From Lama guanicoe (taxonomy: Eukaryota): DNA of 64,000 nt. The DNA lies in the NCBI GenBank assembly GCA_013239625.1, contig MU054187.1:15100974-15164973 (forward strand). The letters run 5' to 3'. The notes under the pieces were generated by a model. The model did not search any database and had not been told where the DNA came from. It worked only from the letters and a program-made list of their open reading frames with translations. Positions 26,005 through 39,037 of this stretch are shown here, piece by piece. Both the position numbers and the translations under genes were made by a program. Position 1 is the stretch's first letter, and the number at the start of each line of letters is the position of its first letter.

Positions 26005-26859
26005 TGAAATTCTGAATGTTTAGGTTGTTATATGCCCATGTCTCCTTATTCACCTGGGTGAGATAATTATGATGGGGACTGGAAGAAATATTCCTCGTGG
26101 CTCTTCTCTAAAGTCAAACTTCGTATCTTGGCATTCTGAGTTCCTGATAATCAGATCCCCGTCTCACTCTATTGTCAAAATAGTCTCTGTTTTATGATGC
26201 AGCCAATTAGTCTCCAGCTCTCTGTCTGTTGCCTGGCTCTCACCTTCTGCCAGACTTACCCATCTGACCTTCAGGGCTCAACTCTGATATTTCTTCTTCC
26301 ATGGCCATGTGTATGTTTCTATTCATTGTGACCCCTCTGGTGGTGTTACTTAAGTATTCTGACTTCACAGGCACAGAAAAGAAAACATGAATGCTCTGGT
26401 CCCAGGAATACACAGGCTCCTTTTGTCGTTTTTGCTGTTGCTGCTATGTTGCTCTGGTCTAGTCTCCTCCTTTTCTAACAAGGCTCTCCTCGGAATGCCA
26501 CTCCATCTTTCTCAGTGACAGGATGGACTGGTTTCTACGTTGCCACGCCCCTTGCATAAACTGCACTTCCCTGTCGTGGTGTTTCCTGGGCCCAGAGTAT
26601 GCTAATTCTATTGTCTCTCCTTAGGGATCTGTTTGCACATGTTCTGCCCACTGGGGCTCTACTTACAAATGATAGTAGCTTAGTTTCAGATTTTTATTGT
26701 TGGTGGTCTTTATAGGCCTATTGGAAAAAAAATATGCAAGATCATAAAGAAATCACATGGAAATGTGAGTACAAGCCTTTGGCTGCTTGAAGAATGAAGA
26801 ACATAATGGAGATATCTGTAAACTTATAAATGATTTGTGCATTAATAAGCTGATTAATG

Positions 26860-27030
26860 TAGCCATTCATTAACTCATCCAACAAGCAATCAGAGCACAC
26901 TAGATGTGCCAAGCCTCTATTAAGAGGGGGTAGGAACAAAAGAATAATTAGTAGACCATTCCTTTCTTTAATTATCTAAAAGTCTAATGGGGGAGGCAGA
27001 CATGGAAATCATTTTAGTAAGGTGTGATAA
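26860..27030 (-). mobile_element. L2 3' end
   Basis: cattcattaactcatccaacaagcaatcagagcacactagatgtgccaagc. Confidence 0.6.
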
Positions 27031-27199
27031 GCTTGACTGACATTTTGCCATGTATTCTGGTACTCATGAAGACATGCTTGCTCTTCATGTTAAGATTTCT
27101 AAAAGGCAGGAAGGGTATGGTATTGGAAAAATCCAGAACTAGTAGTACTTGGAATTAGTATTCAGGTAAAGGACTTCAGTTTTGAGAGGAGGCAGGGAT

Positions 27200-29085
27200 T
27201 GACAAAATGGCAATAGGAAGTCCTTAGCTATCAATCATTACTTCAAATGTAAGTGGACTAAATTCTCCAATCAAAAGACATAGTAGCAGAAATGGCTATA
27301 TTTACATCAGATAAAAGAGATGTTCAGATAAAATCAGTCCTAAGAGATTTAGAAGGTTATTATACAGTGAGAAAGGGGTCAAATCATGAAAAGATTTTAA
27401 CAATTGTAAATGCATAAGCATTCAACACTGGAATACCTATATATTTAAAGCAAATACTAACAGAACTGATTTGAGAAGTAGACAGCAATACAGTAACAGT
27501 AGGAAATTTCAACAACCCACTTTCAACATTGGATAGATGTTGAATACAGACAGAAAATCATCAAGGAAACAGTGGATCTGAATAACACTGTAGAACAAAT
27601 GGACCTAAGAGAAATATATAAAGCATTTCCTTCAGCAGCACAAGAATACACATTATTCTCAAGTATATATGGAACATTCTCCAGGATAGAGCATATGTTG
27701 GGCCAAAAAGCAACCCTTAACAAACTTGAGAAGAATAAAACCTTAAGATGAATGGATAAGGAAAAAAAAACACACACACACGCACACATATACATACAGT
27801 AGAATACTACTTACTTATAGAAGGAATGAAATCTTGCCATTTATGACAACATGGATGGACAGTGAGGGCATTATCTAATAAAATAAGTCAGACAAAGAAG
27901 GACAAATGCCATGTGATTTCACTTATATATGAAGTCTAAAAACAAAAACAAAACAAAAAACCCCTCTAAGCTTGTTGATACAGAGAACAAATTGGTGATT
28001 GCCAGAGGCAGAGTGCGGGTGTGGGTGAAATGGGTGAAGGGAATCCAAGTTAGAAACTTCCAGTTATAAAATCAAGAAGTCATGGGAATGTAATGTGCAG
28101 CACGGTGACTATGGTTCATAACACTGTAACAAGAAAGTTGCTAAGAGAATAGATTTTAAAAATCCTCATCACAAGAAAATAAATTGTAATTATGTATGGT
28201 GACAGATGTTATCTAGACTTTATTGTGGTGACCCTCTCACAATATATAAAAACACTGAATCATTACGTTGTATACCTGAAACTAATATAATGTTATAGAT
28301 CAATTATAATACTCAATTAAGAAAAATAAACTATCTATGCAAAGCTTGCTACATAATGCACAATTCTTTTTGTTCTACATCTGGGTTAAAATTGCAAAAT
28401 TTTTAACACAAGACAAATTAAAAACAAAGATAAACTAATTTAAAAAAACCCACTGCAATAAAAGATATTTTTCACATCTTTACTCTAAAAAAGAGATTGA
28501 AATCATATCAAGTATCTTTTCTGATCACAATAGTATGAAATTAGAAAGCAGAAACAAGAGGAAAATAAAAAAAAAATGCACAGACATGTGGAAATTAACA
28601 CACTCCTGAGCAACCAATGGGTCAAAGAAGAAATAAAAAGGGAAACACTAAGTATCTTGACAAAAACCAAAACAAAAATTGAACATAAGAAAACTTACGT
28701 GATGCAGCAAAAGCAGCTTTAAGAGGGATATTTATAGTGATGAATGCATACATTAAGGAAAAAGAAAGATCTCACATAAAGAACTAACTTTATGCTTCAT
28801 GGAATTAGAATAGAAAAATCTAAGCACAAAGTTAGCAGAAAAAAGGGAATAATAAAGAAAAGAGCCTAGGAAGACAATAAAAAATAAATCAACCAAACAA
28901 AATTGGTTTCATGAAGATTTAAAATAACTTGAAGAATCTTCAATTATAAAGCAAGAGAAAGAAAGAGGACTCAACTGAATAAAATTACGAATGAAAAGGA
29001 AACGCTACAACCAATACCACAGCAATCCAGAGGATCGTAAGAACCTAATATGAACAGTTGCTCAACGTCAAATCAGAAAATAATC
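27200..29085 (+). mobile_element. L1 ORF2 endonuclease-region fragment (host of nested insertion ~27740-28492)
   Basis: aaatgtaagtggactaaattctccaatcaaaagacatag (NVNGLNSPIKR-like start); broken at cttaacaaacttgagaagaat and resumes aagagattgaaatcatatcaag. Confidence 0.9.
27745..28330 (+). mobile_element. 5'-truncated L1 3'UTR (L1MA-like) nested in an older L1
   Basis: gatgaatggataagg...gaaatcttgccatttatgacaacatggatggac...tatacctgaaactaatataatgttat..caattat...caattaagaaaaataaa. Confidence 0.9.
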
Positions 29086-29088
29086 CCA

Positions 29089-29705
29089 GGGGATCAATCC
29101 AGATGATGAAGTAGGAGGATGTGGAATTTACTCCCCTTCCCAAATACGTCAAAAATACATCTACATGTGAAACAATTCTCACTGAAGACTAACTGGAAAT
29201 AGGCCAGAAAGACTCCTGTACAGTGAAGGCTGGAGGAAAGATCCACATGTAATCAGGCAGGTAGGAAAGAGAAGTGATCAGCTCAGGGCCTGTGTCCCTA
29301 GGAGGGGAATAAGAGGGAAAGGGTGATTACAAGGGCAGAGATCCACTCTTGGGTGTGAGGGGTTAGAGCCGCAAATTGGGTGCCCCAGTCCTGGGGTCCT
29401 ACACAGGTGAGATGAGACCCTGTGGCTGGTGGAAGGGCTGCTGGGACCAAAAAGAGGGCTGTGGGAAGTCTAGGCTCTGCTCCTGAGGGGCAGGTGTGTG
29501 CATGCAATGGCTTGCTCCTAAGGCGGGTGGAGAGGGTGGACTGAAGACTGCTCTAGTGAGTGGCTCCCCGGTTTCCTGTGACTGCCTCGGTACACACGTA
29601 GCCTGAGCTCAGCAAAGGCTCTGGCCTTGCTTACTCCACATTTGTGATGCAGATCTAGAGCTTGCATGGGTCCTTATGTTTCAGCACTCCCTCACTCTGA
29701 GGCAA
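29089..29705 (+). mobile_element. L1 5'UTR (cetartiodactyl-type)
   Basis: agatgatgaagtaggaggatgtgga...tacgtcaaaaatacatctacatgtgaaacaattctcactgaagactaactggaa; GC-rich. Confidence 0.8.
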
Positions 29706-29714
29706 GCATATATG

Positions 29715-29716
<2 letters not shown>

Positions 29717-29754
<38 letters not shown>
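29717..29754. repeat. (CA)n microsatellite
   Basis: Uninterrupted acac run. Confidence 0.95.
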
Positions 29755-29756
<2 letters not shown>

Positions 29757-30222
29757 AGGAATATTACTCAGCCAGAAAAAAGAATGGAATAATGCCATTT
29801 GCAGCAACACGGATCGACTGAGAGATGATCACACTAAGTGAAGGGAGGCAGACAGAGAAAGACAAATATTATATGATATCACTTACATGTGGAACCTAAA
29901 TTATAGTACAAATGAACTTACTTATAAAACAGAAAAAGATTCATAGACATAGAAAACAAACTTACGGTTATCAAAGAGGAAGAGGGGAGGGATAAGTTGG
30001 GAGTACGGGATTGACAGGTGCACGCTACCATATATAACATAGATAAGCCACAGGACTTACTGTGTAGCACAGGGAATCATATCCAATATCTTGTAACAAA
30101 CTGTAATGGGAAAGAATTGAAAAAAAGCATATGGACATGTATATGTATAACCCAATCAGTTTGTTGTACACCTGAAACTAACAGAATATTCTAAATGAAT
30201 TATATTTAAATAAATTTAAAAA
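29755..30222 (+). mobile_element. L1 3'UTR (cetartiodactyl-type)
   Basis: ggaatattactcagcc...gccatttgcagcaac...gtagcacagggaa...tgtacacctgaaactaac...aataaatttaaaa. Confidence 0.9.
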
Positions 30223-30349
30223 GGCCAATAGTATCATCTAGAGACACTGGCTACTTCATAGATGCCACAAGTCAGAGCTGGCCAACAAAATCCCAGAGTT
30301 GCTCCATAACTTTATGGAAATCATACTATACTTATTCATACTTTGGCAG

Positions 30350-31340
30350 GATAGTCAATAAATTAATTCATTCATCAAATATCTATTGAATGCCAACTAA
30401 GTTTCAGGTATTGTCATTGTCCCAGGAATATGGTCTAATTTTATTCAAAGGGAGAAAATTACACTATGCGTTAGCTCAGTTTCATCTAAGAATTCCATGA
30501 GGAACCACACAAGTTACAGGATTCATGACTGACTCTTGAACAGCACAGGGGGTTAGAGGCACCTGCTCTTCGTACAGTGGAAAATCTGGGTATAACTTAC
30601 AGTCTGCCTTGCTTGTATGGGTTCTTCCACGTACACAGTCCCACAACTACAGGTTCGAACAACAGTGGGTCATGTAGTACTATAGTATGTATTAATGAAA
30701 AAAATCCATGTATAAGTGGACCTACACAGTTCAAACCCATCTTGTTCAAGGGTCAGTTGTATCAGGATTTTAGAGAACTGGGGAGATAAAAACATATACA
30801 TGAGGATAATGGATAATGACACACTAAAATGTTCTAATTGTCTCATTGCTTGGCTGAATACTTATAATCATTTCATATTTGCTAGTCACTATATCAGTTA
30901 CAAAGAAGAATACAAAGATGTATAATTTCCCACTATGAGGAATCTTCCAGTACAGCGAGTTATGATCAACATGCCCATAAATAAACAGAAAATGAGATGA
31001 AGCTTACAGCATCTCTGAGATATTTGAAAGAGCGCATTTTCATCTGTTGGACTGCTGGGGATCTTTGGAGGCTCACTGGATGTGTCATTTGCACTGGGTC
31101 TTAACCACTGGGTAGGTTTGGATCAAGAGATATGGGAAGAAAGAATTTTAAGTGAAAAGAGCAGTAAGCAAAATCACAAACACAGTCAATTAAAGACTAT
31201 GTACAGAACACAATTTATTCTACTTAGCTAGAGTGCAGGAACACTGTAGACATGATTGGAAATTCAAACCGGGGCCACATTATAAAGACCCTTAATGCCA
31301 GGTTGGGGATTTGGCCTTTATTTAATAGGCAATGAAAAGT
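30350..31340 (-). mobile_element. L2 remnants (host of the Tigger MITE)
   Basis: attcattcatcaaatatctattgaatgccaactaag; later gggccacattataaagacccttaatgccagg. Confidence 0.55.
30526..30759. mobile_element. Tigger1-derived MITE (Tigger1a-like)
   Basis: TIRs tgactgactcttgaacagcac / cttgttcaagggtcagttg followed by TA; aaaatccatgtataagtggacc is the Tigger1 end; 234 bp. Confidence 0.85.
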
Positions 31341-32554
31341 GTTACCCATCAGTGTCAACATATAATTTATGGCTGGAATACGCAGCTGGATTTTATGAGT
31401 CTGTGTCATCATAACCTCTGGAATTAAACCTTTGGTCAGGGGTATGTAACTAATGTCTAAGGACTTCAGGATCAATTTCCCAAGGGAAATTTATAGTAAA
31501 GTTTCAAATTTGATTCTTTTGAGAGTTTTCCTTTGAGAGAATATAAAAATCCAATGCATTGTGTGCTAACTACCAATTTTAAAATAAATGGTGGAATGCT
31601 TTCTGTTTGCCAACTGCTGAAAAGTAAAATAATGACACATTAAGTAATGGAAATGTGGGAATTAAAGCTTTCACAGAAAAAGAAAACAAACTCATCATTT
31701 CTTTCCTTATCTCCTTCTCTGTGACAAGCCCCCTTGCTTGCTCATGTCTTGTCCTTTGAAATGTCCTCAGTTGCCTCTTTTTCAGAGCTTTTTTATTTCC
31801 ATGAGGGATGAGATATCACTTTGGAACTTTCTTGGCCTCAGTGAGTGAAAGTAACTGGAGTAATTTGATTTTTTCTCTAGGAAGAACCTGGAAGGCGTAC
31901 AGGTTGACTTCTGTTCTTCTCCCACCTTTCCGTGGTCCTGACCTTGCTCCAAGTCCTGCTGGAGCTGCAGCTCTTCCTGTGCTTCTGACTGTGCGCCACC
32001 CCAAAAAATCCAACCATCCTGCAAATTCTTGTCCTTGAATTTAGTGTACTTTCACATTTTTCTCTGAAGACAGTTTTACCAGCTGACAGTCTAAGTTAAC
32101 TAAGTTCCATATATAAATTTGCGCAGGAAGGAGAGGCAGAAGAAAATATGCAGGAATGAAAATAAATAGTTGAATGCAGTGAAGTAGTTCTAATCCAAAA
32201 TATGTCAAGGTATAGTGATTTTTTTAAAAGGTCTTCAATTTTCAAAATACTTTATAACATATTCTGCCAAAAACTCCAGGTATGCATAGGTGTCTTGTAT
32301 CATTTTATGGCTCTTATTGGTACTTTGTGACACATAAATTTAATACATTATCCAGATTATCTATTGTGTACCCTGAGATAAATTCCTAAACCATAACTTT
32401 ACACTGATAGTGCATTAAATGCCTCGCTCTGACTTTCTATGCTTTATCCATCCATCAAGCAACCCTGTACTGAACATCTTTTATGTATTAAACATATTAG
32501 ATACTATGGCAGGACTTTTAGAACTTTACTGTGATAAAAATAAACTGGAAATAT

Positions 32555-32660
32555 GTTACGACACAGATTCAGAGGTCTGGGTTGGGGTCTGAACGTCTGC
32601 ATTTTTAACAAGCTCACAGGTATGCTGGTTGGGTGAATCACGCTTTGAATAGCAAGGCTC
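32555..32660. mobile_element. MER5-type fragment within an antisense L2 remnant (~32445-33000)
   Basis: gattcagaggtctgggttggggtctgaacgtctgcatttttaacaagctc...ctttgaatagcaagg. Confidence 0.7.
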
Positions 32661-33524
32661 TTTGAGATTCCCTGTACTAAAGTAACTCACAGTATAATGG
32701 GGGCATTAGGCTCACAAAAAGCAAATATAAAGCAATTTAATATAGTGATACACATATTTCACTGAGAACATAGACAAGGGAGGGCTCATTCTGTGGAGAG
32801 TAGAAGTTTGGGAAGGATTCAGAGAAGAGGAGACTTAATTAAACTGGGTCTAGGAAGGTGGGAAGGATTGCAGCAGGTATGAAGGATACTCTAGACAGAA
32901 GGAATACATGTGAGAATTCATGGGACTCCACAGACTCCTGGGGCTGGGACTTAGGTTGCACATTGAAAAGAGGTTGGAGATAGGACTGCAAAGGGAGCAA
33001 GCATAGTTCAGTTCTACCAGCACACATATACAAATACATTCAGATATTTTGTAGGTTAGGAGACAGGGAATAAAAATTAAACACACAACACTCTCACACA
33101 CACATACACACAAGTGAATGGTCCTGATCGAAGTTGCCATTTTGCTTGCTCACAAATCAGTTTTATCTTCAGAAGAAACGTAGTCAGTTTTCAACAGTGA
33201 ATTTTTGTTCTTAAGCCATGTTTTAACTCTATAACTTGGAGTCTCTAAGGGGAATATAAATAGCACTTTCTGAAGAACTTTCATGAATATCACTTTGTAA
33301 AACACACATAAGCTTTTCGGGTCTTCTAAGCAGATTGCTTCAAATCTGTCACATTCTCCTGCCTCATTAGAATTTAGTTTCTTTGTCACTTCCATTAAGA
33401 TGTACATTTGCAGTATGGCATTAATGGTCCTTTATGATCTGGCTTCAACTTGTCTTTCTAGCATATCTGTTAATGTATTTTCCCCCAATGCTCTATTTTA
33501 CACCTAACTAAAATATTTATCCTT

Positions 33525-34765
33525 TATTATTGAACAAGAAATGCATGGAATGCCTACTGTGTGCCAGAATATGTGCTAGACTCTGAGGGTACAGTTTGGA
33601 ACAAAGCAGACCTGGAACATGACTTAAAGGAACTTATAATATTATGGGGCTGACTGATATTTACAAGCAAGCGTAATAAACTGTCAAGAGTGTTACAAAA
33701 TAATGTAAACTCACAGGGATCTTACACTGGGAATAAGTACAGATGTTTCTGAAGAAGGGATGTTTGAGACGAGACATGAAGAAATAAAAGAAGTTAGCCA
33801 GAGGGTGGGTGGTGGGCATGGGGAGGGATGGAAAAAAGATGGAGGGAGAACAGCATATACAAAGTGGAACATCGTAGACTCGTGAAAAAGCAGAGGGTTT
33901 TCAAAAAGCTGTTGGGAATTCACCATGCTTGATCCTAGAATATGAGAGGGAGAATAGTAGAAATGAGAGCTAGGCAGGGGCCAGTTGCAGAAGGATTTGT
34001 ACACTCTGTTAGTAAACATAAACTTGCTACATGTAGTGGAAAAACCCCTAAAGGGTTGTATGCAGGGAAATGATACGAATAACTTTACATTTTAATGTTA
34101 TCTCCCTGGCTGCAGGATGGAGGATGAAACTAGAGATGGGAGACCAGCTCTTGAAACTGCTCAGGTGAAGTTATGATGGTGCTTTGGGTGAGAATGCTGG
34201 CAGTGCAAACAGAGAGAAGAAGATAATTTCATATTTGAGGATTTCTTGTGGGTAATGATAATGCATGAAACAAAGAGGTCAATGGTGACACCAAAATTTC
34301 AGTCTTGGGAAGATGCTATTCTTTAAAATTAGGAACATTGGAGAAATAGCACAGACTTTGAGGGAGGAAGATATTTTATATTTGGATATGTGCTTGAGGG
34401 GCTTTTAAAATATCTAAATAAAGATGCAGAGTAAGGAATATATGTTTGGAGCTCAGTGGGGAGATCTGGCTTAATTTATAAATAAAAGTCATCATCCTGT
34501 GGATGGAAATGAAAGCCATGGACACTGATACGATTGCTTTGGGAGAGCACACAGAGGGAAAAGATTGAAGCGCTGAGGACCAAGTTCTGAAGAACATCAA
34601 CATTAGAATATGAACAAAGGGAAAAAGTCCTAATAGGTAATCCGAGAATGAGCCACCAGTAATAAAAGGAAAATTAGGAGAGAATGATGTCTTGAAAGAC
34701 AAAAGAAGAGAGTATTTCAAGGAGAAAAATTATTTCTATGAGTCAAAAATGTTGAGAAGCCCCGA
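33525..34765 (-). mobile_element. L2, ~1.2 kb
   Basis: aatgcctactgtgtgccag...tttggatatgtgcttgagg...ggagctcagtggggagatctggct...ggaaatgaaagccatgg. Confidence 0.85.
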
Positions 34766-37349
34766 GACACACATCTGAAAAGAGTCTTTTCTCTTGAGGG
34801 CTCTGTCTGGAATGGTGACCTCGGTCAGTGGCAAAGGACTATTCCTCCTGCTTTCCAGCCATGTTTCTATTGTATTCTCCATTCTTCCACAGAATTTTAT
34901 CCATTTACTAAGATCTCGTTAAGGTAGAATCTGCTTCATAAAAATCTTTTTCACCTTTCAGTTGCAGATACGTTCTCTCACTTTGCGGTACATCCATGAC
35001 TCTGTGTACCATATGTGATTTTGTAACAGGCTGCCTTTCTTTTCTATCACCTGGGCGTATATCTCCTAATAATCTGGACAGTTCCCTGAGGACAGGAACT
35101 CTGCCTTGAATGAGAGGATGTTAGTTCAAATGATCAGGATTATACAACTGGTCACATAAAACTTTTTAATCTTTGCAGGATTTTAATACAGCCACCCTGA
35201 TGTAGTCCTAGGGCTCTGAGAAGGCAGGAAGTATGTTTCATTTCTATGAATGGCTTTATCTTCACTGTTTAGCTCAGGATATGTTTAAAAAAAACCATTG
35301 AAGTGCTGTGTGTTTTCTTTCATATTTTAATTTTTCTCTGTTGAAAAAATATTTTAATTGTGTTCCTATTGGAAGTTTCAATATTTTTGATGAATTCTAA
35401 ATTGCACTATGGCGTGCACATTCCTTTATCTTTCCCACTTTAAATAAACATAAAATTTTCACCAGGATTTCCGTTGAGATATTTAAGAGTTGGTCTGGAC
35501 ATTTGTATTTATTGTACTGGTCTGCAGGTGGGATGGCATTGGGATATATACATGAATAGTCCTCCCTTCCAGTAACAATTTGAATGGGAGCCATTGGAGC
35601 CATGGTGGCACTTACGTGGGTTTTCCTTGCCTCAGTCCCCTTGTGGTTTCTGATGTTGTAGGCAGCTCCTTTAATGCCTTAACTTACTTATGTCTGATCA
35701 CTTAAGCACCATCCTATTCTTGCTTCTTTAATCCACAGTTTAAAAACCAAGAACGTTTTAGTTAACTATTCCTTTTTTCACATGGACATTTTTTCATTAG
35801 GGGCTAAGGTTAGGGAATAAGGCTCTCCCTGTCCTCACTTTTAACTTCTGGAAGCAATCCAAGGAGAAAGAGAAAGAGAAATCGTTAGTTTTCCAGAAGT
35901 TCCACCCTACCCCCAACATTCATCCTCTTGCTCTTTATGTTCTTATAAGGACTTAGGTACAAACTAGGGAAAATAAATGCCAGCTGAGGACTCTTTCCTC
36001 TGCAACACATCCAGGGAAAGAGATCTGACAGTATCCCCAGGCAAAGCTCTCTGTAAACACTCTCCTTTTTTTACCCAGCCATAAAGAGTTACATGCAGAA
36101 AAATAACCACCACTTGAAACCCTGTGCCCCTATGTTCAGATTGCTGCCAAAGCTTTCCCTTCGCTTGCCTCAACAAGAATAAACTGTACAAAAGCTCTGG
36201 AGTTCTCAGGCAATGTGACTGCCTGCCCTGCCTGTTTAAGGTCATTAAAATCCTGGCCTTTGCCCAAAGACTTAGAGCAGAGCCATCCTGTTCTTGGAAT
36301 GAATTGTACTTCTGCTTAGGTCACAGACTTTTTAGTGGCCAATAGCACTGAAATGAGTTCTTTTTAATAGTGTTAAGTATAAACAAGATGCAAAGGGTGA
36401 GTGTGAAAATTGTAAAGTTGTGTTTGTAATGAAGATAGTCTGTTAAGAAATTACTAATACATTTATATTCATGAATTATTAATAATAAAAACACTCTTCC
36501 TATTATTCTGTCAGACAAAAGAGGGACTTTATATTCCAAATGTCATTCCTTTAGAGATTGTATTTTCTTTATTGAGTCCTAAAAGTCCTTCACATTTATC
36601 CTGGGTGCATTTTGTGTTCATATAGCCAAAAAGGCATGAAGAGTTGCACAATTATCTGGTGAATTCAAGGCTGACAGAACAACCTGCTAAGGGAATAAAA
36701 GCAGGATTGTTTTAAAATCATTACTGGTTGATTATTTTGTACTGAAATGTCCAGTAACTCTTCCATTTGCTTTGATTAAACATAAAATAAGCTCATTTTA
36801 ATCTTGTTACATTAACTGCTTTCTCTCTGGTGAACTACAGAAATTGCATCAGTGTTTGTTTTTATCCTGAATATTACTTGTGACTGGTTAGAAAGCAAAA
36901 TAGGAAGATCATGGCTTAATTTTCGTCTCAGTATAAAAACAGAAAAATTGAGAAAACATTTTATGTTTAGTTCTATAAGCAAAAGACAAGTCAATATACC
37001 AATATTTGTAAATAATTCTGCATCCACTGTACCTGAGTCTATTCATCTTTATCCATTTGAAACAAATTGTAATAGAAGAATGAGATAGTGGTAGGTTATA
37101 TCCAACTACCTAAAGTATCTCTTTCAATCAAAAGTACATTGATAATGTTTAGAGGGTGAAGACATTTTGGCATTTCTTGTGGTGCTCATTGGCCCATTAT
37201 ACTGTCTCACTCAACATTCTAGGGGAAAAGGAGGGCGAGGGCCTGGTAGAGATTCTTAGTAGGGGTAGTAGGGGTGGGAAGTAGCTGGTGCTGATGAGGC
37301 AGTGAAGGGGCAGAAAAGGTAGAGATGGATGGTGCTGTGAGTGACTGGT

Positions 37350-37520
37350 GTTGTACTATATCCCAGGAACTTTAAAAATGCTGTATTAGTTAATCCTCTC
37401 TTTTGCATGAGACAGAGTTCATGATCTCCATTTAAAATACGGAGACACTGAAGTTCCTAAAACTTTCTCAGGATCACAAATTGTTTGTTGGAGTTGGGGT
37501 TTGAATACTGTTTTTCTTGA
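37350..37520 (-). mobile_element. MIR, diverged
   Basis: atctccatttaaaatacggagacactgaagttc...aggatcacaaatt...ggagttggggtttgaa. Confidence 0.5.
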
Positions 37521-38113
37521 CATCGAAGTTCAAATTTATTCTGCTAGGTTAGGTCACAGTGGGTTATTGTGCGGCTCTTCACTGCTTCCAAAGATTGGGG
37601 TACTTCAAGATGATGAAATTGTGCCAAAGTCTTTTTTAAGTCTGGAGGAACTTCAGAATGATTTTGGGAAGGGTGATTTATATATGCAACTAATAGATTT
37701 GCATATATATGTAAGAGTAACTCTTTTTTTTTCCCCCGAAGCAGGTGCCCTATAGAAACAGTGCTCACCTCTGAGTCTAATGCCTTCATTTTGTATGTTC
37801 TGCATATAGAAGTAACACATTGCAGCTGATTAGCCTAAACTGTTACTTACAAGAAATTTTTTTCCATTAGCATGTAGGCTTGCATTTTCAGGACATCTTT
37901 ACATTGCTTTGCTAACTAAGGGGAAATATACTATAAGGTAAAAAGTATAGATGAATTTCCCACCCAAGATATCAGAATATAATTGTAACCTCAGTTTGAA
38001 AGTCAGAGAGAAATATGAATCCAGTAATTTCTGACATAAATATAATACACAAATATACAAAGATAAATTTATTATTATTATTAGGCACTCTGATTGGTTA
38101 TAAAAGAAATGCC

Positions 38114-39037
38114 ATACAGAGGGCCAACAGGCATATGAAAAGAAGCTCAATATTACTAATCACTAAGGAAATGCAAATCAAAACCAAAATGAAATATCAC
38201 CTCATACCTGTCAGAACGGCTAGTATCAAAAAGATATCAGTAAGGAGTGTGGGTGAGGATGTGGAGAAAAGGGAACCCTCATGCACTTTTGGTGGAAATA
38301 TAAATTGGTGCAACCACTATGGAAAACAGTATGGCAGTACCTCAAAAAATTATAAACAGAATTACCATACAATCCGGCAATACTACTTCTGAGTATTTAA
38401 CTGGAGAAAATGAAAACACTAATTCAAAAAGATGCATGAACCCCCATGTTCATTAAGCATTATTTACAATAGCCAAGATATGGAAGCAATGTAAGTGTCC
38501 ATTGATAGATGAATGGATAAAGAAGATTTGGTATGTGTACGCACACATGCACATACACACACACACAGAGAAAGGAATATTACTCAGCCAACGAAAAAGA
38601 ATGAAATCTTGCCACTTGAGAAAACATGGATGGACCTTGAGGGTATTATGCTAAGTGCAATAAGTCAGAGAAAGACAAATACCACATGATTTCATTTATA
38701 CATGGAATCTAAAAAATACAGTAAGTGAACAAACATAAAATAGACTCATAGATATGGAGAGCTGGTGGTTTCCAGAGGGAAGGGAGGTGGGGATGGGTGA
38801 TACAATTGAAGGAGATTAAAAGGTACAAACTTCCAGTTATATAATAAATGAGGCATGGGGCTGTGATGTATAGCATAGGGGATCAGTCAATAATATTGTA
38901 GTAACTTTGTATGATGACAGATGGTAACTAGACTTATCATTTTGTATTGTATAAAAATACTGAACCACTATGTTGTACACCTGAAACTAATATAATACTG
39001 TAAGTCAATTATACTTCAATAATAAGATAATATTTTC
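38114..39037 (+). mobile_element. 5'-truncated L1 (ORF2 C-terminus plus 3'UTR) with TSD
   Basis: ORF 38015-38392 ANRHMKRSSILLITKEMQIKT..YHLIPVR is ORF2p; 13-bp TSD taaaagaaatgcc (38101-38113) / taaaaaaaatgcc (39038-39050). Confidence 0.93.

Noticed and set aside
31780..32040. GC-richer block with three overlapping ORFs and splice-like sites
   Set aside because: No recognisable protein on either strand and no consistent exon chain; at most a non-coding exon
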